The notes beneath the pieces are model-generated. The model worked only from the letters and a program-made list of their open reading frames with translations, was not told the DNA's origin and did not search any database. From an uncultured archaeon (lineage in GTDB: Archaea > Altiarchaeota > Altiarchaeia > JAFGQM01): a stretch of DNA of 64,000 nt. Where the stretch lies: positions 121,742-185,741 of the forward strand of contig CAZUDQ010000001.1 of NCBI GenBank assembly GCA_964619365.1. Reading direction: 5' to 3'. A program made the translations under genes and the position numbers. Below are positions 40,852 through 51,100 of the stretch, piece after piece. Within the stretch, counting starts at the first letter, position 1. Each line of letters opens with the position of its first letter.

Positions 40852-41778
40852 ATGCCGTTTAAAGGAGAGCGTGTAGTAGTCACCGGGGCCTCTGGTTTTA
40901 TTGGTAAGCATCTAACCGAAAGGCTTGCTTTAGAAGATTGTAAAGTTTATAGCTTCTGCCACGAATGTCCAGTTACCAAGCAGGAGAAATCCACCACAAT
41001 AAATGTAGATATCGCAAAAGATACGGAGAAACTTAAGGCCACACTTAATGAAATAGAACCTGAAATAATATTCCATTTAGCTGCGAAAGTTGATAGATCG
41101 CGCGATTTAGGAATTTTAGGTGAAATAGTAAAAAATAATATTTTGGGTACAACAAATCTTCTGAGCGCTCTTGATAACACTGATTTTTTACATTTTATAA
41201 ATACAGGTTCTTCTGAAGAATATGGGGTGGGAGTCGTACCTTTGAGTGAGGACCAAGAGCCAAATCCATTATCTCCGTATTCTGCTGCAAAAGCATCAAC
41301 AACGTTAATATGCCAAATGCTTGCAAACAACATGGGGCTTCCAATAACAACACTTAGGCCTTTTTTGACTTACGGGCCCGGCCAAGGGCCAAAAATGTTC
41401 ATACCCTCACTAATAATCTCAGCAATTAAACTCCAAGATTTTAACATGACTGACGGAATGCAATCCCGTGAGTTCAACTATGTTGAAGATATAGTGGAGG
41501 GGTACGTATCAACCGCCCTGAATAAGAAGACTTTTGGCGAGGTTATAAACCTTGGTAGTGGGAAAGAATATCTTGTTAGGGATGTAGCTAAAATGATAAA
41601 TGATTTTTTGGATAATCCAATAGAACTAAACTTTGGCGCAATCGCTCGCCGAGAAGGAGAACCCGCCCGTCATTATTGTTCTAATAAGAAGGCGCGAGAT
41701 CTTCTTGGGTGGGAACCAAAGGTCGATTTGGAAACCGGCCTTAAACAAACTATCTCTTGGTATAAGGAGAATTGTTAG
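40852..41778 (+). CDS. NAD-dependent epimerase/reductase (extended SDR, CDP-sugar 4-reductase-like)
   Basis: VTGASGFIG, GSSEEYG, YSAAK, YGPGQ, REFNYVED, LGWEPK. Confidence 0.85.
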   Translation: MPFKGERVVVTGASGFIGKHLTERLALEDCKVYSFCHECPVTKQEKSTTINVDIAKDTEKLKATLNEIEPEIIFHLAAKVDRSRDLGILGEIVKNNILGTTNLLSALDNTDFLHFINTGSSEEYGVGVVPLSEDQEPNPLSPYSAAKASTTLICQMLANNMGLPITTLRPFLTYGPGQGPKMFIPSLIISAIKLQDFNMTDGMQSREFNYVEDIVEGYVSTALNKKTFGEVINLGSGKEYLVRDVAKMINDFLDNPIELNFGAIARREGEPARHYCSNKKARDLLGWEPKVDLETGLKQTISWYKENC

Positions 41779-42876
41779 ATGAATATCAAGAGCGATAAAG
41801 GGGGGGCTAAAGGGAAAACATTATCCATTTGTATACCTACTTGGAATAGAAAGGACGACCTACTCAAGAACCTTGATATTATAAATCTTCGTGCAAAAGA
41901 GGCTTCGTGTAATGATGAAATTGAAATTTGTATTTCAGATAACGCCTCACACGATGGGACATGGGAGGCAGTACTAAATTATTCTAAAAATAGTAAAGTA
42001 AACATTCAATACCAAAGGAATAATGAAAACCTTGGACATGATAGAAACATACTAAAGGTAGCCAATCTCGCAACTGGTAAATATATTTGGTTTTTGGGTG
42101 ATGATGATTTTATAGGGGTGGGTTCCCTTAAGTTTTTATTCGATATTATGGGGACTAGCAATGAGATTAATGTCATAAATTTGATAAACAATGAAAGCTT
42201 GAAAAAAGACGTGCATTTTGAGATAATAAAGTCGCCCTGGACAACTGCAATATCTTATAATTTTTTAGATGGTTACACCATCTCTAATGTTATATGCAAT
42301 AGGGAAATGCTATCTCAAGTTATGAAACGTCACGGGGATATCATTGAGGAGGGCATTGGTTGTCTATATATACATCGATTCTTGTACAGTTTAATACTTT
42401 TGGAAAATTCAAACAGTACACATTACTTCCTCAGAGGCAAAGTTATGGAATTTGGGCAAAAGCGCCATATGTTTGGTATTAAAAATGAGATGAAAGTTCG
42501 TCTTGGACGCAACAAAATATCGACAATACTTAGAAAATACTTCCCAGAATATTCAAATATTTTGAAAACTAACTCGAGGTGGGAGATGATATTTGCAATT
42601 GAAGTTTTTGAGCGAAGTTGTTACGGGGCAGTATGCCCAAAGGAAATAACTAACTCCTTAATTGACTACATTTGGGATAATATGAGTATAAACGGCGCAC
42701 TTTTAAACACACTGTCCTTATTGAAAATAAAGTTTACGCCTGAAGATTTGAGGTATGTCTTTATGGAAATGATATTCAAAACTACTATACTAAAAAACAA
42801 ACAGGGTATTATACAAAGGATTAGGGCTGAGCGCAAAAAACGTGGTGAAAGCTTCATTTCGCCAAGGGAATATTGA
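41779..42876 (+). CDS. Glycosyltransferase family 2
   Basis: LSICIPTWNR, ISDNAS.DGT, NLG.DRN, YIWFLGDDD. Confidence 0.88.
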   Translation: MNIKSDKGGAKGKTLSICIPTWNRKDDLLKNLDIINLRAKEASCNDEIEICISDNASHDGTWEAVLNYSKNSKVNIQYQRNNENLGHDRNILKVANLATGKYIWFLGDDDFIGVGSLKFLFDIMGTSNEINVINLINNESLKKDVHFEIIKSPWTTAISYNFLDGYTISNVICNREMLSQVMKRHGDIIEEGIGCLYIHRFLYSLILLENSNSTHYFLRGKVMEFGQKRHMFGIKNEMKVRLGRNKISTILRKYFPEYSNILKTNSRWEMIFAIEVFERSCYGAVCPKEITNSLIDYIWDNMSINGALLNTLSLLKIKFTPEDLRYVFMEMIFKTTILKNKQGIIQRIRAERKKRGESFISPREY

Positions 42877-44711
42877 TGGGTGCAGTTATATTTGGTAGTT
42901 GTGGGGATAGTAAAAAACTAGAAAATCCAGGTGAAGATTTTGATTTCTATACCAAAGGTGAGATCAATATCTGGAGAAAATGCTCGCCATTCTTCTTCTC
43001 AGGCAAAATGCCAATTTTAAACAATGATGAAGATGTGGGTATAATAATACAGGGTTATGTAATTCTAAATGAAGATATACAGGATTCTACTAAGAATTGG
43101 AAGGAAACGGCTAGTAGGCTTATTGCGGAATATGAACGAGGGGGCACCGAATCTATTTTAAATTCTATAAAAACTGGAGCATTCAATATCATTTTATTTG
43201 ATTTTAGAACGAATCTGATGTTTGTTATAAATGATAGATTTGGGTTATTCCCACTTTTTTATCATCAAGATAAATACAATCTGGTATTTGGTACAAGGAC
43301 CAAAGAAATTTTAAATATAAAAAAATTTGAACCAGATTGGACATCTATAGCAGAGTTCTTAGAATATGGGTATGTTCTCGGGGATAGAACATACTTCGAG
43401 GGGGTCAGGCTTATGGGGCCTGGATCAGTATTAAGTTACAATCTTGGTGACAAGACAATTAAAATAGAAAGTTATTGGGAAATTAATTATGATAAAAATA
43501 TATCAGAAAAAGATATGGCGAGTGAAGCTCTAAGATTATTTAAAACTTCGTGCAAGCGCTTATATACAAAAGATTATGGATACATTATACCGTTAAGCGG
43601 TGGACTTGATTCAAGGCTAAATGCGTATGGATTTTCCAATGTGGGCAAGATTACTACACTTACCTTCGACCGGAGCAAAAGTGGCAAGGAGTATAAGATA
43701 GCAAAAAAGATTTCAGATAAAATTGGGTGTAATCATATTTTTAAAAGTATAGAATCCAAAGGTATACTTGACTCGCCAAATAATTTTTTAAGGATAACTG
43801 AGGGGTATGAAGACATGTCACTTAATTTTCTAAAGTTATACCAAGAGTTCGAGGGCAAAGTTATTGTGGATGGTTACCTTGGTGATGTAGTTTTAGGTGG
43901 AACGTATTATAGTAAATTAAAAAAGAGGCCTGGAGATATCCTAAACCAGTTTTTAGGGAAGTCTAAGGTGACCGATGGGTGTAATGGATTAAAAAAGGAA
44001 CTAAATGTTTCTTTTTTCACAGAAAAGGAATTAGAAAACCTGTTTTCTAATGAAATATCTAAAAAAATAAAGGATGGGATTAATGCCCATAATGATTTCT
44101 TAACAAAAGAAATGGAAATTCTATCCAATAAATTTAAGTATAAGGAAGAGATGATTGAGTTTTTTAAGATAAATAATCGGGGCCGACGTTTTATAAATCT
44201 GGGGGGGCATTGGCAGGAGGATAAAAATGAACGCATAGTACCTTTCTTTGACTATGATTTCTTTGATTTTTGTATGAATATTCCTATTGAAGAGCGAGCC
44301 TTTCACAAAGTATATTATAAACTTCTGTCAAAAATGGATGATTTGGGTAAAATAGTTTATAACCACAGCGGTATAAGCGCAAACTCGCCATATAAATTAC
44401 AACTTATGACTGAATATTTAAATGAGATATGGCTTAAACAAAAGAAGTTTATAAATCGTCTTACAAAAGGCAGATATTGTAAACCCGATACCTATGCCCC
44501 AATAGCTGAGTGGGTTAGAGACTCTGAGAACGAAAAAACTATAATGGATTCAATGAATTGGACTCTTATAAACAAGAGCGAAGTTGAAAGATTATTCAAT
44601 GAACACAAGAATTTTACGGGGGATAATAGTAAAAAGATAGTCAGACTTTTCTCATTTTCACTTTGGTGGGATAAAATCTATTTGAAACATTTAGAAGAAC
44701 ATCAAACATGA
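42873..44711 (+). CDS. Asparagine synthetase-like amidotransferase (glycan amidation)
   Basis: NDRFGLFPLFY, LSGGLDSR PP-loop, G..GD, PF.D. Start may be ATG 42876. Confidence 0.8.
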   Translation: MMGAVIFGSCGDSKKLENPGEDFDFYTKGEINIWRKCSPFFFSGKMPILNNDEDVGIIIQGYVILNEDIQDSTKNWKETASRLIAEYERGGTESILNSIKTGAFNIILFDFRTNLMFVINDRFGLFPLFYHQDKYNLVFGTRTKEILNIKKFEPDWTSIAEFLEYGYVLGDRTYFEGVRLMGPGSVLSYNLGDKTIKIESYWEINYDKNISEKDMASEALRLFKTSCKRLYTKDYGYIIPLSGGLDSRLNAYGFSNVGKITTLTFDRSKSGKEYKIAKKISDKIGCNHIFKSIESKGILDSPNNFLRITEGYEDMSLNFLKLYQEFEGKVIVDGYLGDVVLGGTYYSKLKKRPGDILNQFLGKSKVTDGCNGLKKELNVSFFTEKELENLFSNEISKKIKDGINAHNDFLTKEMEILSNKFKYKEEMIEFFKINNRGRRFINLGGHWQEDKNERIVPFFDYDFFDFCMNIPIEERAFHKVYYKLLSKMDDLGKIVYNHSGISANSPYKLQLMTEYLNEIWLKQKKFINRLTKGRYCKPDTYAPIAEWVRDSENEKTIMDSMNWTLINKSEVERLFNEHKNFTGDNSKKIVRLFSFSLWWDKIYLKHLEEHQT

Positions 44712-44734
44712 TATATCCTAGCCTCTAATCAAGA

Positions 44735-46228
44735 CTATATTGAATTCGCATCAGCTTCTCCAAAGAACTTATCTTCAAGCTTAAGGAAAGAAAGGAAAAA
44801 TCGCATCTCTTTTTCGCTAAATGCCTTAAGAACTCCCATGAGTGCAAAATAAAAGAGTGCTCCAATGCCACATACGAGGATTATCTCTATCCAGCCTGAA
44901 GGGGAAAACGCTAAGACAATAAATGCCATTGCAATTGACGAGATAACTGCCTTTAGAAGGAATGGCGCACTTACTTCAAGTTTTACAAACTTCTTTGAGA
45001 TTATTTGTGAGCTTATGTAAAGTCCGACAAAGGCAATAAATGTTGAAATGGCAGCACCAATCAGTCCAAGTGTTGGTACAAGGAATAGGTTAAGTGCTAT
45101 ATTGAGTATTCCAAAGGCTGCAAGTAAAATAGCGTTCCAATAAACTTTTTTCTCTATGAAAAACACTGTTGAATTTATTGTAAAAAGAGATAGGAATATT
45201 GTCGAAATGGCAACAATCGGTGTCACCCACGCAGCACCTGCCAAAAACTCGTTTGTTGCCATAGATCTTGTGAACTCAGTTGCAAGGATACTAAGACCAA
45301 ATGCTGCAGGTATTGCAAGAAGCATGAAATATCGGAAACTGTAGCTTAGGTATTTCATGACATCTTTGCTTCTTGCCTCATCATGGGCGCGCGTGAGTGG
45401 GACAAGAAGGTTTATACGTATGGGGTTAAGAAGGATGGAGACTGATGCCCCTATTGTATAGGCTACAGAATAGACACCAACGGCTGAGGCCCCCAGGAAA
45501 AAACCTATGACGTACCTATCGCCAAGATTAAGGAGGTTTGATGAAAAGCTTCCTGCAACCATTGGAAAACCAAACTTGACATACTCAAGAGACTGTCTGA
45601 TGCTTGGTACGGAAGGACCAAAGGTCTTACATACTGCAAGTACACAAAAAATCAGAACTGAAAGTTGGACTACAATAAAGGACATTACAACCTCATATAA
45701 ACCCATTCCAAAAAGCAAGAAAATTGATGCCAGTAAAAGAGGACCAAGACTATAGATTATAAGAAGCGTCGAATAACTGCCCATGCGGCGTTTTATGCGG
45801 AATGACTCAAGGAAAGGAGTTAATGGTGCTTGAACTATGAGTAGAATCGCTCCAAGTTGTATCACTGCCGTTGCGTCTGGTGCTCCAAAGACCGTATTTG
45901 CCAAAAAACTAGCTGAAAAAAATAATACAAGAGCTCCAATAAAAGACATCAATAATGAAAAGGTTCCGGCAGAGAATATCCCCTTTGAAATCTTCTTTTT
46001 GTCATTTTCAGATGACAGCATGCGTATAACACCATAGTTGGAACCCAGATTTATAAATGGCTGGATAAACGCCAAGGTTACAATAAGGGTTGAATAAACG
46101 CCGTACCCTGCCACGCCAAGATAAAGAGTAAGTATCGGAAGAAAGATTATTGGCCTAAGGCGCATTACTGCCTCTGATATCGCGACTATTCCGACATCCT
46201 TTGTAAATTTCTTATATTTGTCACTCAT
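44735..46228 (-). CDS. Oligosaccharide flippase (Wzx/MOP family)
   Basis: Multi-TM protein, LG..GYG, DRYVIGFFLG...VGVYSVAY, NL.LVP.LG.IGAA. Confidence 0.88.
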   Translation of the reverse strand: MSDKYKKFTKDVGIVAISEAVMRLRPIIFLPILTLYLGVAGYGVYSTLIVTLAFIQPFINLGSNYGVIRMLSSENDKKKISKGIFSAGTFSLLMSFIGALVLFFSASFLANTVFGAPDATAVIQLGAILLIVQAPLTPFLESFRIKRRMGSYSTLLIIYSLGPLLLASIFLLFGMGLYEVVMSFIVVQLSVLIFCVLAVCKTFGPSVPSIRQSLEYVKFGFPMVAGSFSSNLLNLGDRYVIGFFLGASAVGVYSVAYTIGASVSILLNPIRINLLVPLTRAHDEARSKDVMKYLSYSFRYFMLLAIPAAFGLSILATEFTRSMATNEFLAGAAWVTPIVAISTIFLSLFTINSTVFFIEKKVYWNAILLAAFGILNIALNLFLVPTLGLIGAAISTFIAFVGLYISSQIISKKFVKLEVSAPFLLKAVISSIAMAFIVLAFSPSGWIEIILVCGIGALFYFALMGVLKAFSEKEMRFFLSFLKLEDKFFGEADANSI

Positions 46229-47130
46229 TGTCTACAGAGTTCCTTAATACCCAGTTCCAGTGGGGTTTTTGGTTCCCATAAAAGTTCTTTTTTCGCTTTT
46301 GAAATATCTGCATGTGAATGCAATATATCTCCTAGTCTAGGCGGCTCAAATGTTATTTTTGAATTTGATTCACGAGCTAGGACTATTATTTCGGCAAGCT
46401 CAAGAACACTTATAGGCGTTCCAGAGGCTATGTTATAAACTCCGGTTTTTCCGACTGCGGCTACGTTCGCGCGCGCGACATCGCGCGCGTTGACAAAATC
46501 GCGCGTTGCCGTGCCATCACCATATATCACGAGAGGCTCTTTTGTTTTTGCGCGTTCTATGAATTTTGGAATGACTGCGGCATAATCTGATTTTGGATTC
46601 TGACGCGCACCATAAACATTAAAATATCTTAGAGAGACACAATTAATACCATAAAGGGAGGAATATTCCTGCATTAATTCTTCGCCATCAAGCTTGCTCT
46701 GTGCATATGGACTCATGGGAAAGGTCTTTGAATCCTCTTTTTTAGGAAGTCCTGGCAAGTCGCCATAAACAGCTGAGGACGATGCGAAAACTACGTTTTT
46801 TGTTCCTGAAGAACGCGCGGCCTCAAGAACGTTTTTTGTGCCTTCAACATTTATCTTATAGCAAAGATCAGGTTCTGCAATGCTTTGGGGTACACTTGCC
46901 ATTGCCGCTTCATGGAATACCGTTTCAATGCCCCTAAAAGAGTCTAAAAGGTTTTGCTTGTCGGTTATATCGCCTTTTACTAGTTCGATGCCCAATGTTT
47001 GGAGGAATTGCTTTGAGGGGTTGCCGGGCGCGCTAAGATTATCGAGCACCCTTACTTCCTTAGAGTCAGAAACCAAGTGTTCTGCTATATGGCTTCCAAT
47101 AAAGCCCGCACCACCAGTTACAAGATACAT
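46225..47130 (-). CDS. NAD-dependent UDP-sugar 4-epimerase/dehydratase
   Basis: VTGGAGFIGSH, SSSAVYG, PY..SK, RYFNVYG, GDG..TRDF. Confidence 0.9.
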   Translation of the reverse strand: MYLVTGGAGFIGSHIAEHLVSDSKEVRVLDNLSAPGNPSKQFLQTLGIELVKGDITDKQNLLDSFRGIETVFHEAAMASVPQSIAEPDLCYKINVEGTKNVLEAARSSGTKNVVFASSSAVYGDLPGLPKKEDSKTFPMSPYAQSKLDGEELMQEYSSLYGINCVSLRYFNVYGARQNPKSDYAAVIPKFIERAKTKEPLVIYGDGTATRDFVNARDVARANVAAVGKTGVYNIASGTPISVLELAEIIVLARESNSKITFEPPRLGDILHSHADISKAKKELLWEPKTPLELGIKELCRQ

Positions 47131-47189
47131 TTCCCTTTATTTTTAGTGCCTAGACAAATAAACCCGCCAGTCTGTGCTTATTAAAAAGG

Positions 47190-48146
47190 TCAGAATGGGG
47201 CGTAAAGAAGAATCGCCAGAAGGACAAACGGTATTTCCATAAGTCCGAAATACTCAACAAGACGCTTTTCTGAGATTGGTCCAAACTTTTTTATCATGAT
47301 TTGTGCAAGACCTACTGGTTTTCCTGGACATGTAAGCTTGCCCCCCTTTGGCGTGCCCCACCAGCCTGTTGTTGGAAAGCCGTTTTTTGCCTTTATGACA
47401 AAATCCACTATGTATGGAATCATCACGACGACAAGAGCAATCTCAAAGTGTCCTAAGATGCCCGCACATGCGATTGTAGCGCCAATCATGAGTGTTCCTA
47501 CATCTCCCATAAAGACTCGCGCTGGATGCTTGTTAAAGCACATAAAGGCTATAAGTGCGCCAGAGAGCGCAAGGAGTAGTGCTATTGATGCTAAACTGCC
47601 TGACCATATCGCAAGAGGTAAGAGTCCAAAAGAGATTATTATCCCTAGACCCGCCTCCATTCCATTAAAGCCTGCAAACATGTTTGTGAGATTTGCCATT
47701 ACAGTAACGCCAAGCGGGACAAGAACCAAAGGATAGATTATCGGTAAAGAAACAATACCCACAAAGGGCACAAGAAACTCTGGTGAGGATATCGCAAAAA
47801 GCGCTATTGGTATTGCTGCAATGACTGGAAGAACCGTCTTTACAGAGTGTCTTATTGAAAAAAGGTCGTCAATAAGGCCGATAAAGGAAGCAAGAATTGC
47901 AGTAAGCGCCCCCGCAATCAATCCAGAATAAAGTCCTGCCGGCGCAACAAAAACAAAAAAAGCTATTGCGAGGGCAAATCCAAATACAATAGAAAGTCCG
48001 CCTATCTCGGCAAGCTCTGGGTGGCCTTCTTTGTTTACATCTTTTCCTACGCGCCCTGCTGCCTTTAAACGTGGTATTATAAGTGGCAGTAAGGCAAATG
48101 TGCCCACAAAGGCTACTAGAAAGGTTCCAAATAGAAGAACTGACAT
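47190..48146 (-). CDS. aglH: Polyprenyl-phosphate GlcNAc-1-phosphate transferase (AglH/GPT, MraY superfamily)
   Basis: GKDVNK, E.GG, GLIDD, N.TNMFAGFNG.E, PARVFMGDVG; adjacent to aglB. Confidence 0.82.
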   Translation of the reverse strand: MSVLLFGTFLVAFVGTFALLPLIIPRLKAAGRVGKDVNKEGHPELAEIGGLSIVFGFALAIAFFVFVAPAGLYSGLIAGALTAILASFIGLIDDLFSIRHSVKTVLPVIAAIPIALFAISSPEFLVPFVGIVSLPIIYPLVLVPLGVTVMANLTNMFAGFNGMEAGLGIIISFGLLPLAIWSGSLASIALLLALSGALIAFMCFNKHPARVFMGDVGTLMIGATIACAGILGHFEIALVVVMIPYIVDFVIKAKNGFPTTGWWGTPKGGKLTCPGKPVGLAQIMIKKFGPISEKRLVEYFGLMEIPFVLLAILLYAPF

Positions 48147-48160
48147 TTTAGTCTTATTTC

Positions 48161-51100
48161 TTATTGTATGCGGCTTTTACAGAACTCATCTGTTCCAACA
48201 CAATAGAAAGTCACATCAACCAGACCTGCAAGATCAGATTTTAACTGCTCGACAATCTCCCTTTGGATTTCGCAGCTCGCATCACATTCTTCCGTGTAGA
48301 AAGCTTCGATTACGGTTTTGCCATCACTTAAGCAGGACTCGCTATCTAACATCTTAAGTGCCGCAACGTATTCTTCGAGTTCCTTATTTAGTGTGAGTTT
48401 TTCTGTTTTGTTGTCATGGGCCACCCCTATTGTCGAACAAAGCTCTTTTGGCTCGCCGTTTGTTGCAATACATGTGAACGCAGCAAGGACGCCACCTTCG
48501 GGCCCTACGATGCCTTCTTTTGCAAAGCGACAGTCCCAGACTACTGCAGGGAAGGTAGAAAGGTTGTATTCTTTGGCCTTTGCATTGCCGTTGGCATCAA
48601 ACTTCATCTCAAGCTCCTCCTTATAAGCGTCTGCGACCTTGTCACCTATTGAAACTAGCGTTACTTCAAAATGAAGTGTTTCATTCTGGAGCGGGTGTCC
48701 TTCTGATGCACCATAAGCTTCTTCTGGCGGGAGCGTTAGGTTCTTTGTCTCACCAAGCTTCATGTCATTTACTCCAGCGTCAAACCCTGCAATCATCTGT
48801 CCGGCACCGATAGTAAACTCAAGAGGTGACCCCCCTATTGAAGACTCAAAGACTGTACCGTCATCAAGAGTACCTGTGTAATGCACCTTTACTAAAGAGC
48901 CTTCTCTTGCAAGGTTCGGGTCAACTGAAAAAAGCCCTTCTTCTGAAACTAGAGGCTCTGAAATATCTTCTGAACCTGGGACAGGGACCTTATCCGGATA
49001 ATTTATCCTAAATATTTTAACATTTGGGTACGCGCCGTTTACTGCATCTGCATCAGTCACAAGTTCGTAATACTCAAGGTCTCTTGCATCTTTGACATAA
49101 AGCTCAAAGAACATGGAGTCGCTCCAGCGCTCTGGAGCATGTATGAGTAACTGCGAATCAAGCCGTGCTAGTTCATCTTTGCCTAAAGAAAGAACGTCGT
49201 TTAAGGGAACGCGCTCGCAGTTCTCAGATATCAGGAACTCTCCTGTTGAGCCGTCTGCATATTCAAATAGGAGTATGCCACCATAGGCATTTCCATCAGC
49301 AAAAGGAAGTCCTCCCGAATTTATCGCGTAAAGCTGGCTTTGTGTTATTGTCTTTCTTTCTCCATTTTCGACAAGGAATGTCGTCTTAGATGAAGTTGTA
49401 TATTCCGGGCGGCATATATATTGCCCTTCTTTTGCAAGAGAATATTGGTTAAAGACAGGATATCCTGCTGAGCGGGTAACATGCCCTGTGCCGTTTTCCT
49501 CGCGGGCAACGTGCCAGTCAAGAGTCATGTCGCAACATTCTGTTGGCTGCTCTTGGCAACACTTTTTGTCAACAACTTTAGTCAAAGCATCGCGCAGGCA
49601 GACAATTCCGGAGTCGCATGAGTAAGTTCCATCCTCACTCTTCTTTGCACGCTCTCCTGTTTCTATATTCTGGCAGACAAACCCTTGGTCGCATGTGCCA
49701 TTGGAATTTGTCATAAAGCCATTTTGATACTCATAGAAGTTTGTGCCGAGGAACGTGAGTGCTCCTGCTTTTCCAACAAGTGAATAGTCAAGGATTATAT
49801 ATTTTGTCTTTAAGTCCTTGTTCCAGGGCTGCTCCATTAGCCACTTTGTCGCGGCGTCTTCGCCACTTTCATTATAGAAGAACCTTGCCGTGCGCATTAT
49901 GTATTCTTCATTTGCCTGCGTAGGCTCGGTGATTACAGTCGTGTCTGAAAGCGCAGTTATAATGTGGCCGTAATCCCACCATGTAAAGACATAATCCCCC
50001 GGAACATACGTTCCGTCAATAAACTGGCCGTTTTCTACATTATTTGAAAGCCACTCTATACCTGTGACCCATGCCGGGTCGATTGAAGGCGTTCTTGCCG
50101 CATAGCCCCAGGAATATGCCGGAGACATCGGCGCGAAGACAAAAATTGCAATAAGTGGGATTATTACTATTGGAAGAATAACATTTATCTTTGAAAATTC
50201 TGTTCTGTCCTTGGGGAAGAATATTCCGACTAAGGAACCTAAGAGAAGGAAACCAAGTGACTGAGAGAATCCAAGTCTTGCCTCACCCCATACAAAGACC
50301 ATAGCAACTATAAAGAACATAAGGGTTATACAGTAGGCAAGAAGATAGTTATAAAATTTCTCTTTTTCCTGTTTAAGAAACCAGTAGATTAGCGTTACTG
50401 GAAGTAGTATTAGCATAAAGAGTGAAAGACCTTCTGCGATGCCGTAATAATCAAGACCTACATTAAGCTTCTGAGCTATTGAACCTGACGCAAGAGCACC
50501 CTGCTCTGAAATAGTCTTTTCGACAAGGAAATTTCTTGTGCCTTCTCCAGCTATGTTGCTGTAAAGAGAAGATACTGAATTGACTATGTTTGATGGGCCA
50601 TAATAAACAAGAGCCCCTATTGCCACAACCAGTATGACAACAAAAAGAGGCAACAAGAACTTCTTTTCAATCGGTTTTTTGGAGTCTTCTTTTTCCTTAA
50701 AGAAGTATACTCTTGATACTTCAGAAAGTACTGCAAAAAGAGCGAAGAACCCGAATGAGCCTATATAGAATATTGAAGGTAAGCCTCCTCCGATTGCAGT
50801 TATCCCGCAAAGCGAGACTATTCCTGCGATAAGTCCTGCGCGCGTTATTTTCCACATGTCATAACGTCCGATTATTGTAAAGACTGCGAATATGCCAAGT
50901 GCGACAAACGGGACTGCATATAAGAACTGTGCACCCCCTGACCAGGTTATGGCAAGCATCATAAGTGTGATTCCAGACAATGCGGCAAAAATGACTGAAT
51001 CACGCGTGCGCTCAACCTTAAATGACTTGGTAAGAAGATAGAAGGCAAAAACTGCTATTGCCATACCCATTATATCTTCTTCTATGGCGCCAGCCGTTGA

